The notes under the pieces: generated by a model | What the model saw: only the letters and a program-made list of their open reading frames with translations | What the model was told of the DNA's origin: nothing | Databases searched by the model: none | Made by a program: the position numbers and the translations under genes | Shown here: piece by piece, positions 1 to 9,196 of the stretch | Layout of the letters: the number at the start of each line of letters is the position of its first letter | How positions within the stretch are numbered: the first letter of the stretch is position 1 | DNA from: a virus | Lineage: Duplodnaviria > Heunggongvirae > Uroviricota > Caudoviricetes | Direction: 5' to 3' (one strand) | IMG/VR virus record: IMGVR_UViG_2939177367_000002 | Length of the DNA stretch: 37,633 nucleotides

Positions 1-1053
1 TTATGGGGTAATGCCAACCGCTGCCGCCACTTTGTCGCCACTTGGCAGCGTTGCCAGAGGATTGAAACGGAGCGCCGTTTCTAGATGATCCGGTGCCAGA
101 TGTGCGTAACGCATAGTCATTTTTATATCGTGGTGTCCGAGAATTTTTTGTAAGGCCAGAATGTTTCCACCCGACATCATGAAGTGCGCCGCAAACGTAT
201 GGCGCAGAACGTGTGTGAGTTGACCGCGAGGGAGCACGATAGACGTTTTTTCCATCACGGATAAAAATTGAAAATAGCAGTCTGTGAAGAAATTGAACCC
301 ATCAAGCGCCATGATCTCTTCGTAAAGCTCTTTACTGATAGGGATGCTTCTGTTTTTCTTCCCCTTCGTTCTGACAAAGGTAATTCGGTATTTGGTCACC
401 TGTGAGCGGGTAAGATTTACGGCTTCACGCCAGCGTGCGCCTGTGCTTAAGCATATCTTAACTACCAGTGCCAGAATTGGGTCCTGACGTTTGCAATCAG
501 CCAGCAATTCAACAATCTGCTCATGGGTAAGCCATGCCATCTCTTTTTCTGCGATGGTGAATTTTCGCATGTTCTCCAGTGGGTTCGGATACGACCATTC
601 GCCCAGACGGGATAGTTCGCTAAAAACACTACTTAGATAGCTTTGCTCCAGGTTAATGGTGACCGGGCTTGCTCCTTTCTTCCATTTCTCGCTGAAGTAG
701 ATCTCGCCTGTCAGGCGTTTATCTCGATAGTGGGCAAACATTTTAGAGGTGAGATCGGTTGCAAGAGGATTGCCCAGAGCGTCAACCATCAACAGCAATT
801 TGTCATAGACATGCTGCCCAGCTGTCAGAGATTTACCATGTAGTTTGAACCATAGCTCAACCACGTCTTTCAGTGTTCGACGATCCACTGATTCACCCAG
901 CCAGGGCTTTGCTTCGGTTTCTTCCATCGTGTGGCGCTCAAAAGCCAGTGCTTCGCCTTTGGTAGCGAATTGTTTACGCACACGACGCCCACTTCGTCCG
1001 GCGGGGTAACATTCGCAAAGCCATTTCCCTGTGGTTAGTTTTCGTACTGCCAT
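1..1053 (-). CDS. int: Tyrosine integrase (P2/186-like), 350 aa; stop codon at window positions 1-3
   Basis: ATG at 1053 (reverse complement). C-terminal catalytic signature readable in translation: R in LSTGARWREA, H-x-x-R in HVLRHTFAAH, Tyr in MTMRYAHL. Sits at the prophage end next to the att repeat. Confidence 0.9.
   Translation of the reverse strand: MAVRKLTTGKWLCECYPAGRSGRRVRKQFATKGEALAFERHTMEETEAKPWLGESVDRRTLKDVVELWFKLHGKSLTAGQHVYDKLLLMVDALGNPLATDLTSKMFAHYRDKRLTGEIYFSEKWKKGASPVTINLEQSYLSSVFSELSRLGEWSYPNPLENMRKFTIAEKEMAWLTHEQIVELLADCKRQDPILALVVKICLSTGARWREAVNLTRSQVTKYRITFVRTKGKKNRSIPISKELYEEIMALDGFNFFTDCYFQFLSVMEKTSIVLPRGQLTHVLRHTFAAHFMMSGGNILALQKILGHHDIKMTMRYAHLAPDHLETALRFNPLATLPSGDKVAAAVGITP
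21..40. repeat. Putative attL core (CTGCCGCCACTTTGTCGCCA), left copy of a 20-bp direct repeat flanking the prophage
   Basis: 19/20 identity with 34781..34800 (CTGCCGCCAATTTGTCGCCA); the copies sit at the int and ogr ends. Lies inside the last codons of int. Confidence 0.6.
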
Positions 1054-1077
1054 AAAAAGCCCTCATATCAGAGGGCT
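1054..1077 (-). terminator. Hairpin (AGCCCTC-N7-GAGGGCT) followed by a T-run on the minus strand, immediately upstream of the int start codon
   Basis: Plus strand reads aaaagccctcatatcagagggct; on the minus strand the stem is followed by TTTTT and then the int ATG. The GAGGG of the 3' arm is also the only plausible int ribosome-binding site. Confidence 0.4.
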
Positions 1078-1085
1078 AAATTTAA

Positions 1086-1101
1086 CTGTATATGTAACCA
1101 G
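1086..1101. promoter_or_regulatory. LexA-box-like palindrome CTGTATATGTAACCAG (CTG-N10-CAG) inside a promoter-like spacer upstream of int
   Basis: Invariant CTG/CAG ends with an AT-rich centre. On the minus strand it lies between TTGATT and TTAAAT hexamers spaced 17 nt apart. Confidence 0.3.
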
Positions 1102-1135
1102 TAATCAATGTGTGATTACTATGAAAGATACATTG

Positions 1136-2812
1136 CTAAGCAACATGTAGTTCATCGTTGGCGGAAGTGGCTGCTTTGCGCTCCTGCTCAATAGCTAGAG
1201 ACTCTCTATATTCTTTCGCCTCTGCAAACATTGTCCAGTGGGCGTTGATGTTCATGTCTTCAATAACTGATTTGATTTCTTTTAAATTTACGTTAAAAAA
1301 CTCTTTTCGTGAGTTAATTTTATTGACCTGCTTTTCGTTGAAAACTTTATGCAGATGGTTTTCTAATGATGGTGCATCATCACTATAAATCATCGCATGA
1401 ACATCGAACGAAAAAGGAACACTAGCATCTCCGAGTTCACGAACACGATCAAGTGGTTCAAGGCGGCGTGTCATTCCAATTTTATATACATCTTCGCCAA
1501 ATGAACCAATATTACTAATGATATAGACGTGGCCTGATCTGGTTTGTTGAGCCATAGAAATAGCTCGTTGATTTTTAGCTTCAGCTTCTTCATATTTTAA
1601 CTGTAGTTCAGCTATTTTTTGCTCTAAAGCTAAGCGTTGTTCTTCATTTGCAAGCATAAGTTCTTTCGTTGCTTTATTTATAGCTTGCTGAATAGCTTTT
1701 TCTTCTTTTTCAGCTTCTTTTATCGCTTTTTCATATTCTCTACGAGCTCTTTCCTCTTCACGAAGCTGTTCTTTAATCCTTCTTTGCTCTTCTTTTTCTT
1801 CGAGCATAATTTCATTAACTGCTACACCCCATTTTAGCTCGTTGAGTCTTGCCTGAAGATAGATGTCACTTATTTTTGCGGACCTAAAGGCAGAGCCATT
1901 GTAATTTACTAGTTGAAATGCATCTTTTATTTCTTGGGAAAGTTTTCCAAAATTGTTGTGTTTGACTTTTGATAAAATACTGTCAACTCTTCCATTGAAG
2001 GCATCCAAAACAAAGTTTATGGCAGTATTACGCCTGTTTTGCTCAACATAATCACACGAAGCAGCTTTATTAGTTTTTATTAATGATTTGGTTAACTCTC
2101 TGGCTTTTTGTAATTCCTTGCCTGCATCTGTAAATTCATAATTTTCTGCCAGCTCATCAAGTACACTACGGTTAGGGATGATCCATTCATCACCATAACC
2201 TTCAATTTTATTTTTCATTGATTTTGCAACTGCTTCATATTTTTCTGCAAACTCTTTAGCTTCATATGCTGAACCAGCAATCTCCTTTGCTCTTTCTTCT
2301 GCATCAGAAATAATTTTTACTGCATTGTCATTAGCATTTGAGATTAGCTCATTTGCTTTATTATTAGCATTATCAAGACGTTCTTTGGCTTTCAGGCGTG
2401 CATCGCGAGCGTCTTTGGTGATTGCTATAGCTTCGCTATTAGCGTTGCTTATTGTCATCTGAGCTTGATAATTTGCTTCGTTTACTGTTTTAGCCGCCTT
2501 AATTTGGGCTTCATCTATTTTTTGCTTGGCTATTGAGTCCGCATTTTTTATCTTATTCTCTGCATCCATTACTGCGCTGTGCAATTCTTCGTATTGCCAC
2601 AATGGTGCTGCTCGCCCTTCAAGCTCTGATAATTCTCGTACGGTCTGTGCTAGTTTTTCTTGATTTTCAATCAGTTGGTTAGAAAGGGCTATGTTGTTAG
2701 CTGTCAGGTTATCTATAGCCGCTTTGTGTTTTTTACTTTGTTTAAATAATATTACAGCTAGAACAGGGGCGAGAAATGCTAATAAGAGTATAACGATGGC
2801 AAATGAATTCAT
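1136..2812 (-). CDS. Cargo protein, 558 aa: N-terminal transmembrane helix, long coiled coil, C-terminal T5orf172/GIY-YIG-like domain (DUF4041-like central region)
   Basis: ATG at 2812 with AAGGAT ribosome-binding site only 20 bp after the repressor stop. N-terminus MNSFAIVILLLAFLAPVLAVILF is hydrophobic. C-terminus contains GHVYIISN...YKIGMTRR...FDVHAMIYS resembling the T5orf172 fold. Region is visibly AT-rich compared with flanking phage genes. Confidence 0.75.
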   Translation of the reverse strand: MNSFAIVILLLAFLAPVLAVILFKQSKKHKAAIDNLTANNIALSNQLIENQEKLAQTVRELSELEGRAAPLWQYEELHSAVMDAENKIKNADSIAKQKIDEAQIKAAKTVNEANYQAQMTISNANSEAIAITKDARDARLKAKERLDNANNKANELISNANDNAVKIISDAEERAKEIAGSAYEAKEFAEKYEAVAKSMKNKIEGYGDEWIIPNRSVLDELAENYEFTDAGKELQKARELTKSLIKTNKAASCDYVEQNRRNTAINFVLDAFNGRVDSILSKVKHNNFGKLSQEIKDAFQLVNYNGSAFRSAKISDIYLQARLNELKWGVAVNEIMLEEKEEQRRIKEQLREEERARREYEKAIKEAEKEEKAIQQAINKATKELMLANEEQRLALEQKIAELQLKYEEAEAKNQRAISMAQQTRSGHVYIISNIGSFGEDVYKIGMTRRLEPLDRVRELGDASVPFSFDVHAMIYSDDAPSLENHLHKVFNEKQVNKINSRKEFFNVNLKEIKSVIEDMNINAHWTMFAEAKEYRESLAIEQERKAATSANDELHVA

Positions 2813-2832
2813 TTTAAAATCCTTTTACTATA

Positions 2833-3429
2833 TTAATTCGAGACTATTGTACTTCTTATACAAGCAACCACTTCAATATCAGAAAATGCACATTCAAAGC
2901 TATTCTCTGCTGTTGTAATTTTAATCATTCCTTTAGGAAGCCTTGTGATTTTTCGAATGGAATAGGTTCCGTCGATATTGATTAACCAGTTTCCATCAAG
3001 TACTTCAGAAAATTTTTGATCACAAATGTATGTGACGAGTCCATCCTGAACAACAATTGGTGATGAAAGGTTTGCAGGAAGAAATGATGAATCGAAGACA
3101 TATGAACCGTCTTCAATCATTTTGCCTGCGGCAAGGCGAAACTTAACAAGCTCTTCTGTAGCTGCTGTCAGCGAGCTTTGCTTAAGGCCTTGTCCGGTAG
3201 TTAACCATTTGAGGGAGGTTCCTGTTTCAAGAGCACATTGGATTATCCAGTCAGCAGGAAATGTATCCCGCAAATACCTGTTCGCTAGTGTGCTTTTTGA
3301 TACTTCCAAGTGATCAGCTAAAGCCTGTCGTGTCGTAAAGCCATAGGCTTCGACTAATCGCTCAATCGCAGCCTTACCACCTTTATTGGGATTTATTTTG
3401 ATCTCACTTGGGTACTTTGATGTTGACAT
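2833..3429 (-). CDS. cI: CI-type immunity repressor (phage 186 CI-like), 198 aa
   Basis: ATG at 3429. N-terminal helix-turn-helix-like segment (TTRQALADHLEVSKSTLANRYL). Position between int and a divergent Apl/CII-like operon matches the 186 switch region. Confidence 0.75.
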   Translation of the reverse strand: MSTSKYPSEIKINPNKGGKAAIERLVEAYGFTTRQALADHLEVSKSTLANRYLRDTFPADWIIQCALETGTSLKWLTTGQGLKQSSLTAATEELVKFRLAAGKMIEDGSYVFDSSFLPANLSSPIVVQDGLVTYICDQKFSEVLDGNWLINIDGTYSIRKITRLPKGMIKITTAENSFECAFSDIEVVACIRSTIVSN

Positions 3430-3458
3430 ATCTCTTTTGCGATCCTAGTATCAGTTTT

Positions 3459-3474
3459 GTACCCAATTGGGTAC
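3459..3474. promoter_or_regulatory. Perfect 16-bp palindrome GTACCCAATTGGGTAC in the cI/apl switch region; candidate operator
   Basis: Read directly; lies between the cI start (3429) and the apl start (3525). A GGGTAC half-site recurs at about 3411..3416. Confidence 0.4.
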
Positions 3475-3524
3475 TTGTCACGATTACTACAGGCTCACCA
3501 CAAGCCAATAGGAGATGTTGCATC

Positions 3525-3746
3525 ATGACCCCTAACATTTCAATAACTCTGAATACGCCACACGTCACAATCGAGCGTTATAGCGAACTTACTGGTCTTT
3601 CAATCGACACAATCAACGATATGTTGGCGGATGGTCGCATTCCTCGGCATCGTCTTCGTAAAGACAAGAAAAGAGAAAAGGTAATGATCAACCTTGCTGC
3701 TCTTACCGTTGATGCACTTACTGATTGCAATGTTGTATTCAACTAG
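3525..3746 (+). CDS. apl: Apl/Cox-like excisionase and transcriptional regulator, 73 aa
   Basis: ATG at 3525 preceded by GGAG; translation MTPNISITL...[25 protein letters not shown] has a helix-turn-helix character. First gene of the rightward early operon, as in 186. Confidence 0.6.
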   Translation: MTPNISITLNTPHVTIERYSELTGLSIDTINDMLADGRIPRHRLRKDKKREKVMINLAALTVDALTDCNVVFN

Positions 3747-3778
3747 TTCCATTTTGGGATACATCAGAGGTGTCGACC

Positions 3779-4288
3779 ATGTTTGATTACCAAGTTTCCA
3801 AACATCCACATTTTGATGAAGCCTGTCGTGCATTCGCACTGCGCCACAATCTGGTGCAACTGGCAGAACGTGCGGGCATGAATGTGCAGATTCTGCGGAA
3901 CAAGCTGAACCCAGCTCAACCTCATTTATTAACCGCACCAGAAATCTGGCTGCTTACCGATCTGACTGAAGATTCAACGTTGGTAGATGGTTTTCTGGCA
4001 CAGATTCATTGTCTGCCATGTGTACCGATTAATGAGGTAGCAAAAGAGAAACTGCCGCATTACGTCATGAGCGCAACTGCAGAGATCGGGCGTGTTGCAG
4101 CAGGTGCGGTATCTGGTGATGTAAAAACTAGTGCCGGTCGTCGTGATGCTATCAGCAGCATTAACTCTGTAACACGACTGATGGCGCTGGCTGCTGTTTC
4201 ATTGCAAGCCCGTTTACAGGCTAATCCTGCGATGGCGAGTGCAGTTGATACCATGACTGGCCTTGGTGCTTCATTCGGTTTGCTGTGA
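3779..4288 (+). CDS. cII: CII-like early regulator (phage 186 CII family), 169 aa
   Basis: ATG at 3779 with AGAGG upstream. Translation [45 protein letters not shown]... strongly resembles 186 CII as I recall it. Confidence 0.75.
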   Translation: MFDYQVSKHPHFDEACRAFALRHNLVQLAERAGMNVQILRNKLNPAQPHLLTAPEIWLLTDLTEDSTLVDGFLAQIHCLPCVPINEVAKEKLPHYVMSATAEIGRVAAGAVSGDVKTSAGRRDAISSINSVTRLMALAAVSLQARLQANPAMASAVDTMTGLGASFGLL

Positions 4289-4295
4289 GGTGTTT

Positions 4296-4592
4296 ATGCT
4301 GACGAAAGAACCATCATTTGCATCGCTGCTGGTAAAACAAAGCCCGGCAATGCACTACGGTCACGGCTGGATCACGGGTGAGGATGGAAAACGCTGGCAT
4401 CCATGTCATTCACAAGATGAATTGCTGTCTGAATTGACCACGAGGAAACGGAGAAAGTCCAAATGTATGCGGCAGAAAGTGAAGTGGTTTATCAGTTTCG
4501 TTACAGAGGGGAGAGTTATTCAGTACCTGAAGATGATTTGCTCTGTTGCTATCCGTCATTGTCGGGCGATGGCAGTTACTTTTTCACGTTAA
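4296..4592 (+). CDS. Hypothetical early protein, 98 aa (Fil-like position); 3' extent uncertain
   Basis: ATG at 4296 with GAGG 6 nt upstream. The N-terminal half looks protein-like; the C-terminal half is Cys/Arg-rich and overlaps the next ORF by about 130 nt. Confidence 0.35.
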   Translation: MLTKEPSFASLLVKQSPAMHYGHGWITGEDGKRWHPCHSQDELLSELTTRKRRKSKCMRQKVKWFISFVTEGRVIQYLKMICSVAIRHCRAMAVTFSR

Positions 4593-4687
4593 AGGATGGG
4601 ACGTTTTTACGGGGAGAGCAGGTTAAAGAGACGATACGAAAAAATGTATCTCCTCTTGAGCGTTACCGTAAGAACAAAGAACGATAG
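4463..4687 (+). CDS. Hypothetical early protein, 74 aa
   Basis: ATG at 4463 with GGAGAAA ribosome-binding site; balanced composition (MYAAESEVVYQFRYRGESYSVPEDDL...). Confidence 0.5.
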   Translation: MYAAESEVVYQFRYRGESYSVPEDDLLCCYPSLSGDGSYFFTLKDGTFLRGEQVKETIRKNVSPLERYRKNKER

Positions 4688-4709
4688 CTGCGTTTGGGGG
4701 ATATGAAGT

Positions 4710-5051
4710 ATGGCAATTAATGGCGCTGCAGCAACTGTTCCATTAAGCCCCGGTGAACGCCTGAATGGACTTAATCACATTGCGGAGTTAAGGGCGAAAG
4801 TTTTTGGCCTGAATATTGAGTCAGAGCTTGAGCGGTTTATTAAAGATATGCGTGATCCACGGGATATCAATAATGAACAAAATAAACGGGCACTGGCTGC
4901 CATATTCTTTATGGCAAAAATTCCAGCTGAACGTCATAGCATCAGCATTAATGAGCTGACCACTGACGAAAAGCGGGAGCTGATTAAAGCAATGAATCAT
5001 TTTCGTGCAGTGGTGAGCTTATTTCCCAGACGGCTAACCATGCCGAATTAA
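4710..5051 (+). CDS. Hypothetical early protein, 113 aa
   Basis: ATG at 4710 downstream of GGGGGA; same-strand operon context. Confidence 0.55.
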   Translation: MAINGAAATVPLSPGERLNGLNHIAELRAKVFGLNIESELERFIKDMRDPRDINNEQNKRALAAIFFMAKIPAERHSISINELTTDEKRELIKAMNHFRAVVSLFPRRLTMPN

Positions 5052-5118
5052 CCAACTAATGAAATTAATGGCGTAAACCCGCCGGGCATCCCTTTATCTA
5101 AATTCAGGAGAATTGCTT

Positions 5119-5352
5119 ATGCGTAATATTGAAACCCTCACGACCAAAACCGGACCGGATGATGCAGGTCTTAATCTTTTACTGACAGAGGCTCGTCTGG
5201 AAGAACGCCGGGCAAGGGCTGAAGCAATGGCTGCTCGCCTCGATAGCCTGGCGTGTCATATCACCTCCCGCCAGCTAAACCACGTCGAAGCGGCAGAACT
5301 GCTGCGTGTGACTGCTGAAGCAATCCAGAACGAAGCGCAGGAGATCCACTGA
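5119..5352 (+). CDS. Hypothetical early protein, 77 aa
   Basis: ATG at 5119 with CAGGAG 8 nt upstream; its stop overlaps the next start (ATGA). Confidence 0.55.
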   Translation: MRNIETLTTKTGPDDAGLNLLLTEARLEERRARAEAMAARLDSLACHITSRQLNHVEAAELLRVTAEAIQNEAQEIH

Positions 5353-5579
5353 TGGCTGATGCAATGGATCTCGTACAGCAGCGCGTTGAAGAAGAACGCC
5401 AACGCCATATCCGTGCTGCCCGTGCCAAAACGCCGGGCGTGTCCCGTGTGCTTTGCGTTGAGTGTGAAGCGCCAATTCCGCCAGCACGCCGCCGTGCCAT
5501 TCCGGGTGTGCAGCTTTGCATTACCTGTCAGGAAATCGCAGAGCTGAAAGGCAAACATTACAACGGAGGTGCTGTATGA
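5352..5579 (+). CDS. TraR/DksA-family C4 zinc-finger protein, 75 aa
   Basis: Two Cys pairs (CVECEAP...CITCQ) with the spacing typical of phage/plasmid TraR-like zinc fingers; the position corresponds to P2 orf82. Confidence 0.75.
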   Translation: MADAMDLVQQRVEEERQRHIRAARAKTPGVSRVLCVECEAPIPPARRRAIPGVQLCITCQEIAELKGKHYNGGAV

Positions 5580-6433
5580 GCACCATCCTGAAATGGGCAG
5601 GAAATAAAACCGCCATAATGTCCGAACTGAAAAAGCATCTTCCTGCTGGCCCGCGACTGGTTGAACCTTTCGCGGGTTCCTGTGCAGTGATGATGGAGAC
5701 GGATTACCCCAGCTATCTTGTTGCGGATATTAATCCTGATTTAATCAACCTCTATAAAAAGGTTGCTGCTGATTGTGAGGCGTTTATATCTCGTGCCAGA
5801 GCTTTATTTGAGGAAGCAAACAGGGAGGTGGCTTATTACAACATAAGGCAGGAGTTTAATTACTCCACTGAAATTACTGATTTCATGAAAGCGGTATATT
5901 TCCTGTATCTCAATCGTCACGGTTACCGTGGTTTATGTCGCTATAACAAGAGCGGGCATTTCAACATTCCCTACGGTAATTATAAAAATCCGTATTTCCC
6001 TGAAAAAGAAATTCGCGCATTTGCAGAGAAAGCCCAGCGGGCAACGTTTATCTGCGCCAGCTTTGATGAAACGCTGGCGATGTTGAAGGTGGGGGATGTG
6101 GTGTATTGCGATCCGCCTTATGACGGTACGTTTTCCGGCTATCACACTGATGGTTTCACTGAAGATGATCAGTATCACCTGGCATCCATTCTTGAACATC
6201 GGTCATCAGAAGGACATCCGGTCATTGTTTCTAACAGTGACACATCCCTGATCCGTTCGTTGTATCGCAATTTCACCCACCACTACATCAAAGCAAAACG
6301 CAGCATCGGTGTGGCAGCTGGCGAGGGTAAATCAGCAACAGAAATCATTGCTGTTTCCGGGCCGCGCTGCTGGGTGGGATTTGATTATTCGCGTGGCGTG
6401 GACAGTTCTGCCGTGTACGGAGTACGTGCATGA
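5576..6433 (+). CDS. DNA N6-adenine methyltransferase (Dam-like, D12 class), 285 aa
   Basis: ATG at 5576 with GGAGG ribosome-binding site. SAM-binding-like segment [11 protein letters not shown] and catalytic DPPY motif (VYCDPPYDG) visible in translation. No nuclease partner adjacent. Confidence 0.85.
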   Translation: MSTILKWAGNKTAIMSELKKHLPAGPRLVEPFAGSCAVMMETDYPSYLVADINPDLINLYKKVAADCEAFISRARALFEEANREVAYYNIRQEFNYSTEITDFMKAVYFLYLNRHGYRGLCRYNKSGHFNIPYGNYKNPYFPEKEIRAFAEKAQRATFICASFDETLAMLKVGDVVYCDPPYDGTFSGYHTDGFTEDDQYHLASILEHRSSEGHPVIVSNSDTSLIRSLYRNFTHHYIKAKRSIGVAAGEGKSATEIIAVSGPRCWVGFDYSRGVDSSAVYGVRA

Positions 6434-8844
6434 GTCATGCCGATATGAACAACTGCTGCGGCTTTAACGAGTCTGCCGCAGCATTCTCATGGAACAGCCC
6501 GAAAAAGGCCATTAACCCTTATCTGGACCCGGCGGAAGTTGCGCCGGTTTCTGCGCTTTCAAACCTGATCACTCTGTACGCTGCCGATAACGAGCAGGAA
6601 CAACTGCGCCGCGAGGCACTGAGTGATCAGGTCTGGGAGCGTTATTTCTTTAATGAATCCCGTGATCCTGTCCAGCGCGAAATGGAGCAGGATAAGCTAA
6701 TTAGCCGGGCAAAGCTGGCGCATGAGCAGCAGCGTTTTAATCCGGACATGGTCATTCTGGCGGATGTCAACGCCCAGCCTTCCCATATCAGCAAGCCGCT
6801 GATGCAACGTATTGAATACTTCAGCAGCCTGGGCAGGCCAAAGGCTTATTCCCGCTATTTACGTGAGACGATTAAGCCATGTCTGGAACGACTGGAGCAT
6901 GTACGCGACAGTCAGCTATCTGCATCTTTTCGCTTTATGGCAAGCCATGAAGGGCTGGACGGCCTGCTGATCTTGCCTGAAATGAGTCAGGATCAGGTGA
7001 AACGCCTGTCCACCCTGGTAGCTGCGCATATGAGTATGTGCCTTGATGCAGCTTGTGGTGATTTGTATGCCACCGATGACGTTAAGCCAGAAGAAATCCG
7101 CAAGACATGGGAAAGGGTGGCAGCAGAAACCCTGCGACTGGATGTCATCCCACCTGCGTTTGAGCAACTCCGCCGGAAAAGAAACCGCCGTAAACCCGTG
7201 CCCTATGAACTCATTCCGGGTTCGCTGGCGCGTATGTTGTGCGCCGACTGGTGGTATCGGAAATTATGGAAGATGCGTTGCGAATGGCGGGAAGAGCAGT
7301 TGCGCGCTGTCTGCCTGGTCAGCAAAAAAGCATCTCCCTATGTCAGCTATGAAGCTGTGATGCATAAACGTGAGCAGCGCCGTAAGTCGCTGGAGTTTTT
7401 TCGTTCTCATGAACTGGTGAACGAAGATGGCGACACGCTGGATATGGAAGACGTGGTAAACGCCAGCAGCAGCAACCCTGCGCATCGCCGCAATGAGATG
7501 ATGGCCTGTGTTAAAGGTCTGGAGCTTATCGCGGAAATGCGCGGTGACTGCGCCGTTTTCTACACCATCACCTGTCCGTCACGTTTCCATTCCACGCTAA
7601 ATAACGGCAGGCCCAACCCGACTTGGACAAATGCGACGGTAAGACAAAGCAGTGATTATCTGGTCGGCATGTTTGCTGCATTTCGTAAGGCGATGTACAA
7701 AGCCGGATTGCGCTGGTATGGCGTGCGGGTGGCTGAGCCGCATCATGACGGTACAGTTCACTGGCACCTGTTGTGTTTTATGCGCAAAAAAGATCGCCGC
7801 GCCATTACTGCTTTGTTGCGTAAGTTTGCCATTCGTGAAGACCGTGAGGAGCTGGGTAATAACACAGGACCACGCTTTAAGTCTGAGCTGATAAACCCGC
7901 GCAAAGGTACGCCAACAAGCTACATCGCGAAATACATCAGTAAGAACATTGACGGGCGTGGTCTGGCTGGCGAGATCAGCAAGGAAACGGGTAAATCCCT
8001 GCGTGATAACGCTGAATACGTTAATGCCTGGGCGTCTCTTCATCGTGTTCAGCAATTCCGCTTCTTTGGCATTCCGGGGCGTCAGGCTTACCGTGAACTG
8101 CGATTGCTGGCTGGTCAGGCGGCAAGGCAACAGGGGGACAAAAAAGCAGGTGCGGCGGTACTGGATAACCCACGCCTTGATGCCATCCTGGCTGCTGCTG
8201 ATGCTGGTTGTTTTGCCACCTACATCATGAAGCAGGGCGGCGTGCTGGTTCCCCGTAAATATCACCTCATCAGAACCGCTTATGAAATCAACGAAGAGCC
8301 GACCGCCTATGGCGATCACGGCATTCGTATTTATGGCATCTGGTCACCCATTGCAGAGGGCAAGATCTGCACTCATGCAGTGAAGTGGAAAATGGTTCGT
8401 AAAGCCGTTGACGTTCAGGAGGCGGCAGCCGACCAGGGCGCTTGCGCCCCTTGGACTCGTGGCAATAACTGTCCCCTTGCTGAAAATTTGTACCAACAAG
8501 GGAAAGACAAATCAGCTGATGGGGATACCAGAACGGATATTACCCGCATGGATGACAAGGAGTTGCACGATTACCTGCACAGTATGAACAAAAAAGAGCG
8601 CCGGGAACTGGCTGCAAGGTTACGCCTGGTGAAACCGAAACGGCGTAAAGACTACAAACAGCGAATTACAGACCATCAGCGACAGCAGCTCGTCTATGAA
8701 CTGAAGTCCAGAGGATTTGATGGCAGCGAGAAAGAGGTCGATTTACTCCTTCGCGGCGGCAGTATTCCGTCAGGAGCAGGCCTGCGTATCTTCTATCGGA
8801 ACCAGCGTTTGCAGGAAGATGATAAGTGGCGAAACCTGTATTAA
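6430..8844 (+). CDS. A: Rolling-circle replication initiator endonuclease (P2 gpA-like), 804 aa
   Basis: ATG at 6430 overlapping the upstream stop. Size, position and a paired-tyrosine segment ([11 protein letters not shown]) match the P2 A family. Confidence 0.9.
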   Translation: MSHADMNNCCGFNESAAAFSWNSPKKAINPYLDPAEVAPVSALSNLITLYAADNEQEQLRREALSDQVWERYFFNESRDPVQREMEQDKLISRAKLAHEQQRFNPDMVILADVNAQPSHISKPLMQRIEYFSSLGRPKAYSRYLRETIKPCLERLEHVRDSQLSASFRFMASHEGLDGLLILPEMSQDQVKRLSTLVAAHMSMCLDAACGDLYATDDVKPEEIRKTWERVAAETLRLDVIPPAFEQLRRKRNRRKPVPYELIPGSLARMLCADWWYRKLWKMRCEWREEQLRAVCLVSKKASPYVSYEAVMHKREQRRKSLEFFRSHELVNEDGDTLDMEDVVNASSSNPAHRRNEMMACVKGLELIAEMRGDCAVFYTITCPSRFHSTLNNGRPNPTWTNATVRQSSDYLVGMFAAFRKAMYKAGLRWYGVRVAEPHHDGTVHWHLLCFMRKKDRRAITALLRKFAIREDREELGNNTGPRFKSELINPRKGTPTSYIAKYISKNIDGRGLAGEISKETGKSLRDNAEYVNAWASLHRVQQFRFFGIPGRQAYRELRLLAGQAARQQGDKKAGAAVLDNPRLDAILAAADAGCFATYIMKQGGVLVPRKYHLIRTAYEINEEPTAYGDHGIRIYGIWSPIAEGKICTHAVKWKMVRKAVDVQEAAADQGACAPWTRGNNCPLAENLYQQGKDKSADGDTRTDITRMDDKELHDYLHSMNKKERRELAARLRLVKPKRRKDYKQRITDHQRQQLVYELKSRGFDGSEKEVDLLLRGGSIPSGAGLRIFYRNQRLQEDDKWRNLY

Positions 8845-8936
8845 TTACGCGGGTTAACAATTCGTGCTCTTAATAATACCAGGCATATCAGGCTGATGAA
8901 CGTAAAAAAACGTTTTACATCAGTAAGATTATTATA

Positions 8937-8956
8937 TACTGTAAATATAAACAGTG
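8937..8956. promoter_or_regulatory. LexA (SOS) box TACTGTAAATATAAACAGTG
   Basis: CTG-N10-CAG with AT-rich centre, close to the E. coli consensus TACTGTATATATATACAGTA; about 40 bp upstream of the 8997 start codon. Confidence 0.6.
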
Positions 8957-8996
8957 GTTATATTTACAGTATTGCTTTGGTGTCATAGGAGGAAAG

Positions 8997-9185
8997 ATGC
9001 AGGACTATTTTTTGGAGTCTTTGAAGCTCCAGCGCATTGATTTTTTTCTTAAGCTTGTAGCGGCTAGTGAGTGTAGTGATGAAGAGAAGGGGCTGGCTTT
9101 GCAGTGGGTTTCTGAACTAACAGATGAACTCATGGCAAAAATCAGAACCCACGAATACAACCGCTCAATGGATGTCATCAGTTGA
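8997..9185 (+). CDS. Small SOS-controlled protein, 62 aa; possibly the N-terminal module of a Tum-like antirepressor
   Basis: ATG at 8997 with AGGAGG ribosome-binding site directly downstream of the LexA box; followed 11 nt later by the DinI-like gene. Confidence 0.5.
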   Translation: MQDYFLESLKLQRIDFFLKLVAASECSDEEKGLALQWVSELTDELMAKIRTHEYNRSMDVIS

Positions 9186-9196
9186 GGTGACTTTTT

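Noticed and set aside
1637-1837. 66-aa plus-strand ORF with a poly-Phe/Ser translation inside the 558-aa cargo gene.
   Set aside because: Low-complexity antisense frame of an AT-rich coiled-coil coding region; no independent support.
3408-3746. ORF-track 112-aa version of the apl-region ORF, starting at 3408.
   Set aside because: That start lies inside the cI 5' end and operator region without a ribosome-binding site; the in-frame ATG at 3525 has a GGAG site and gives an excisionase-sized product.
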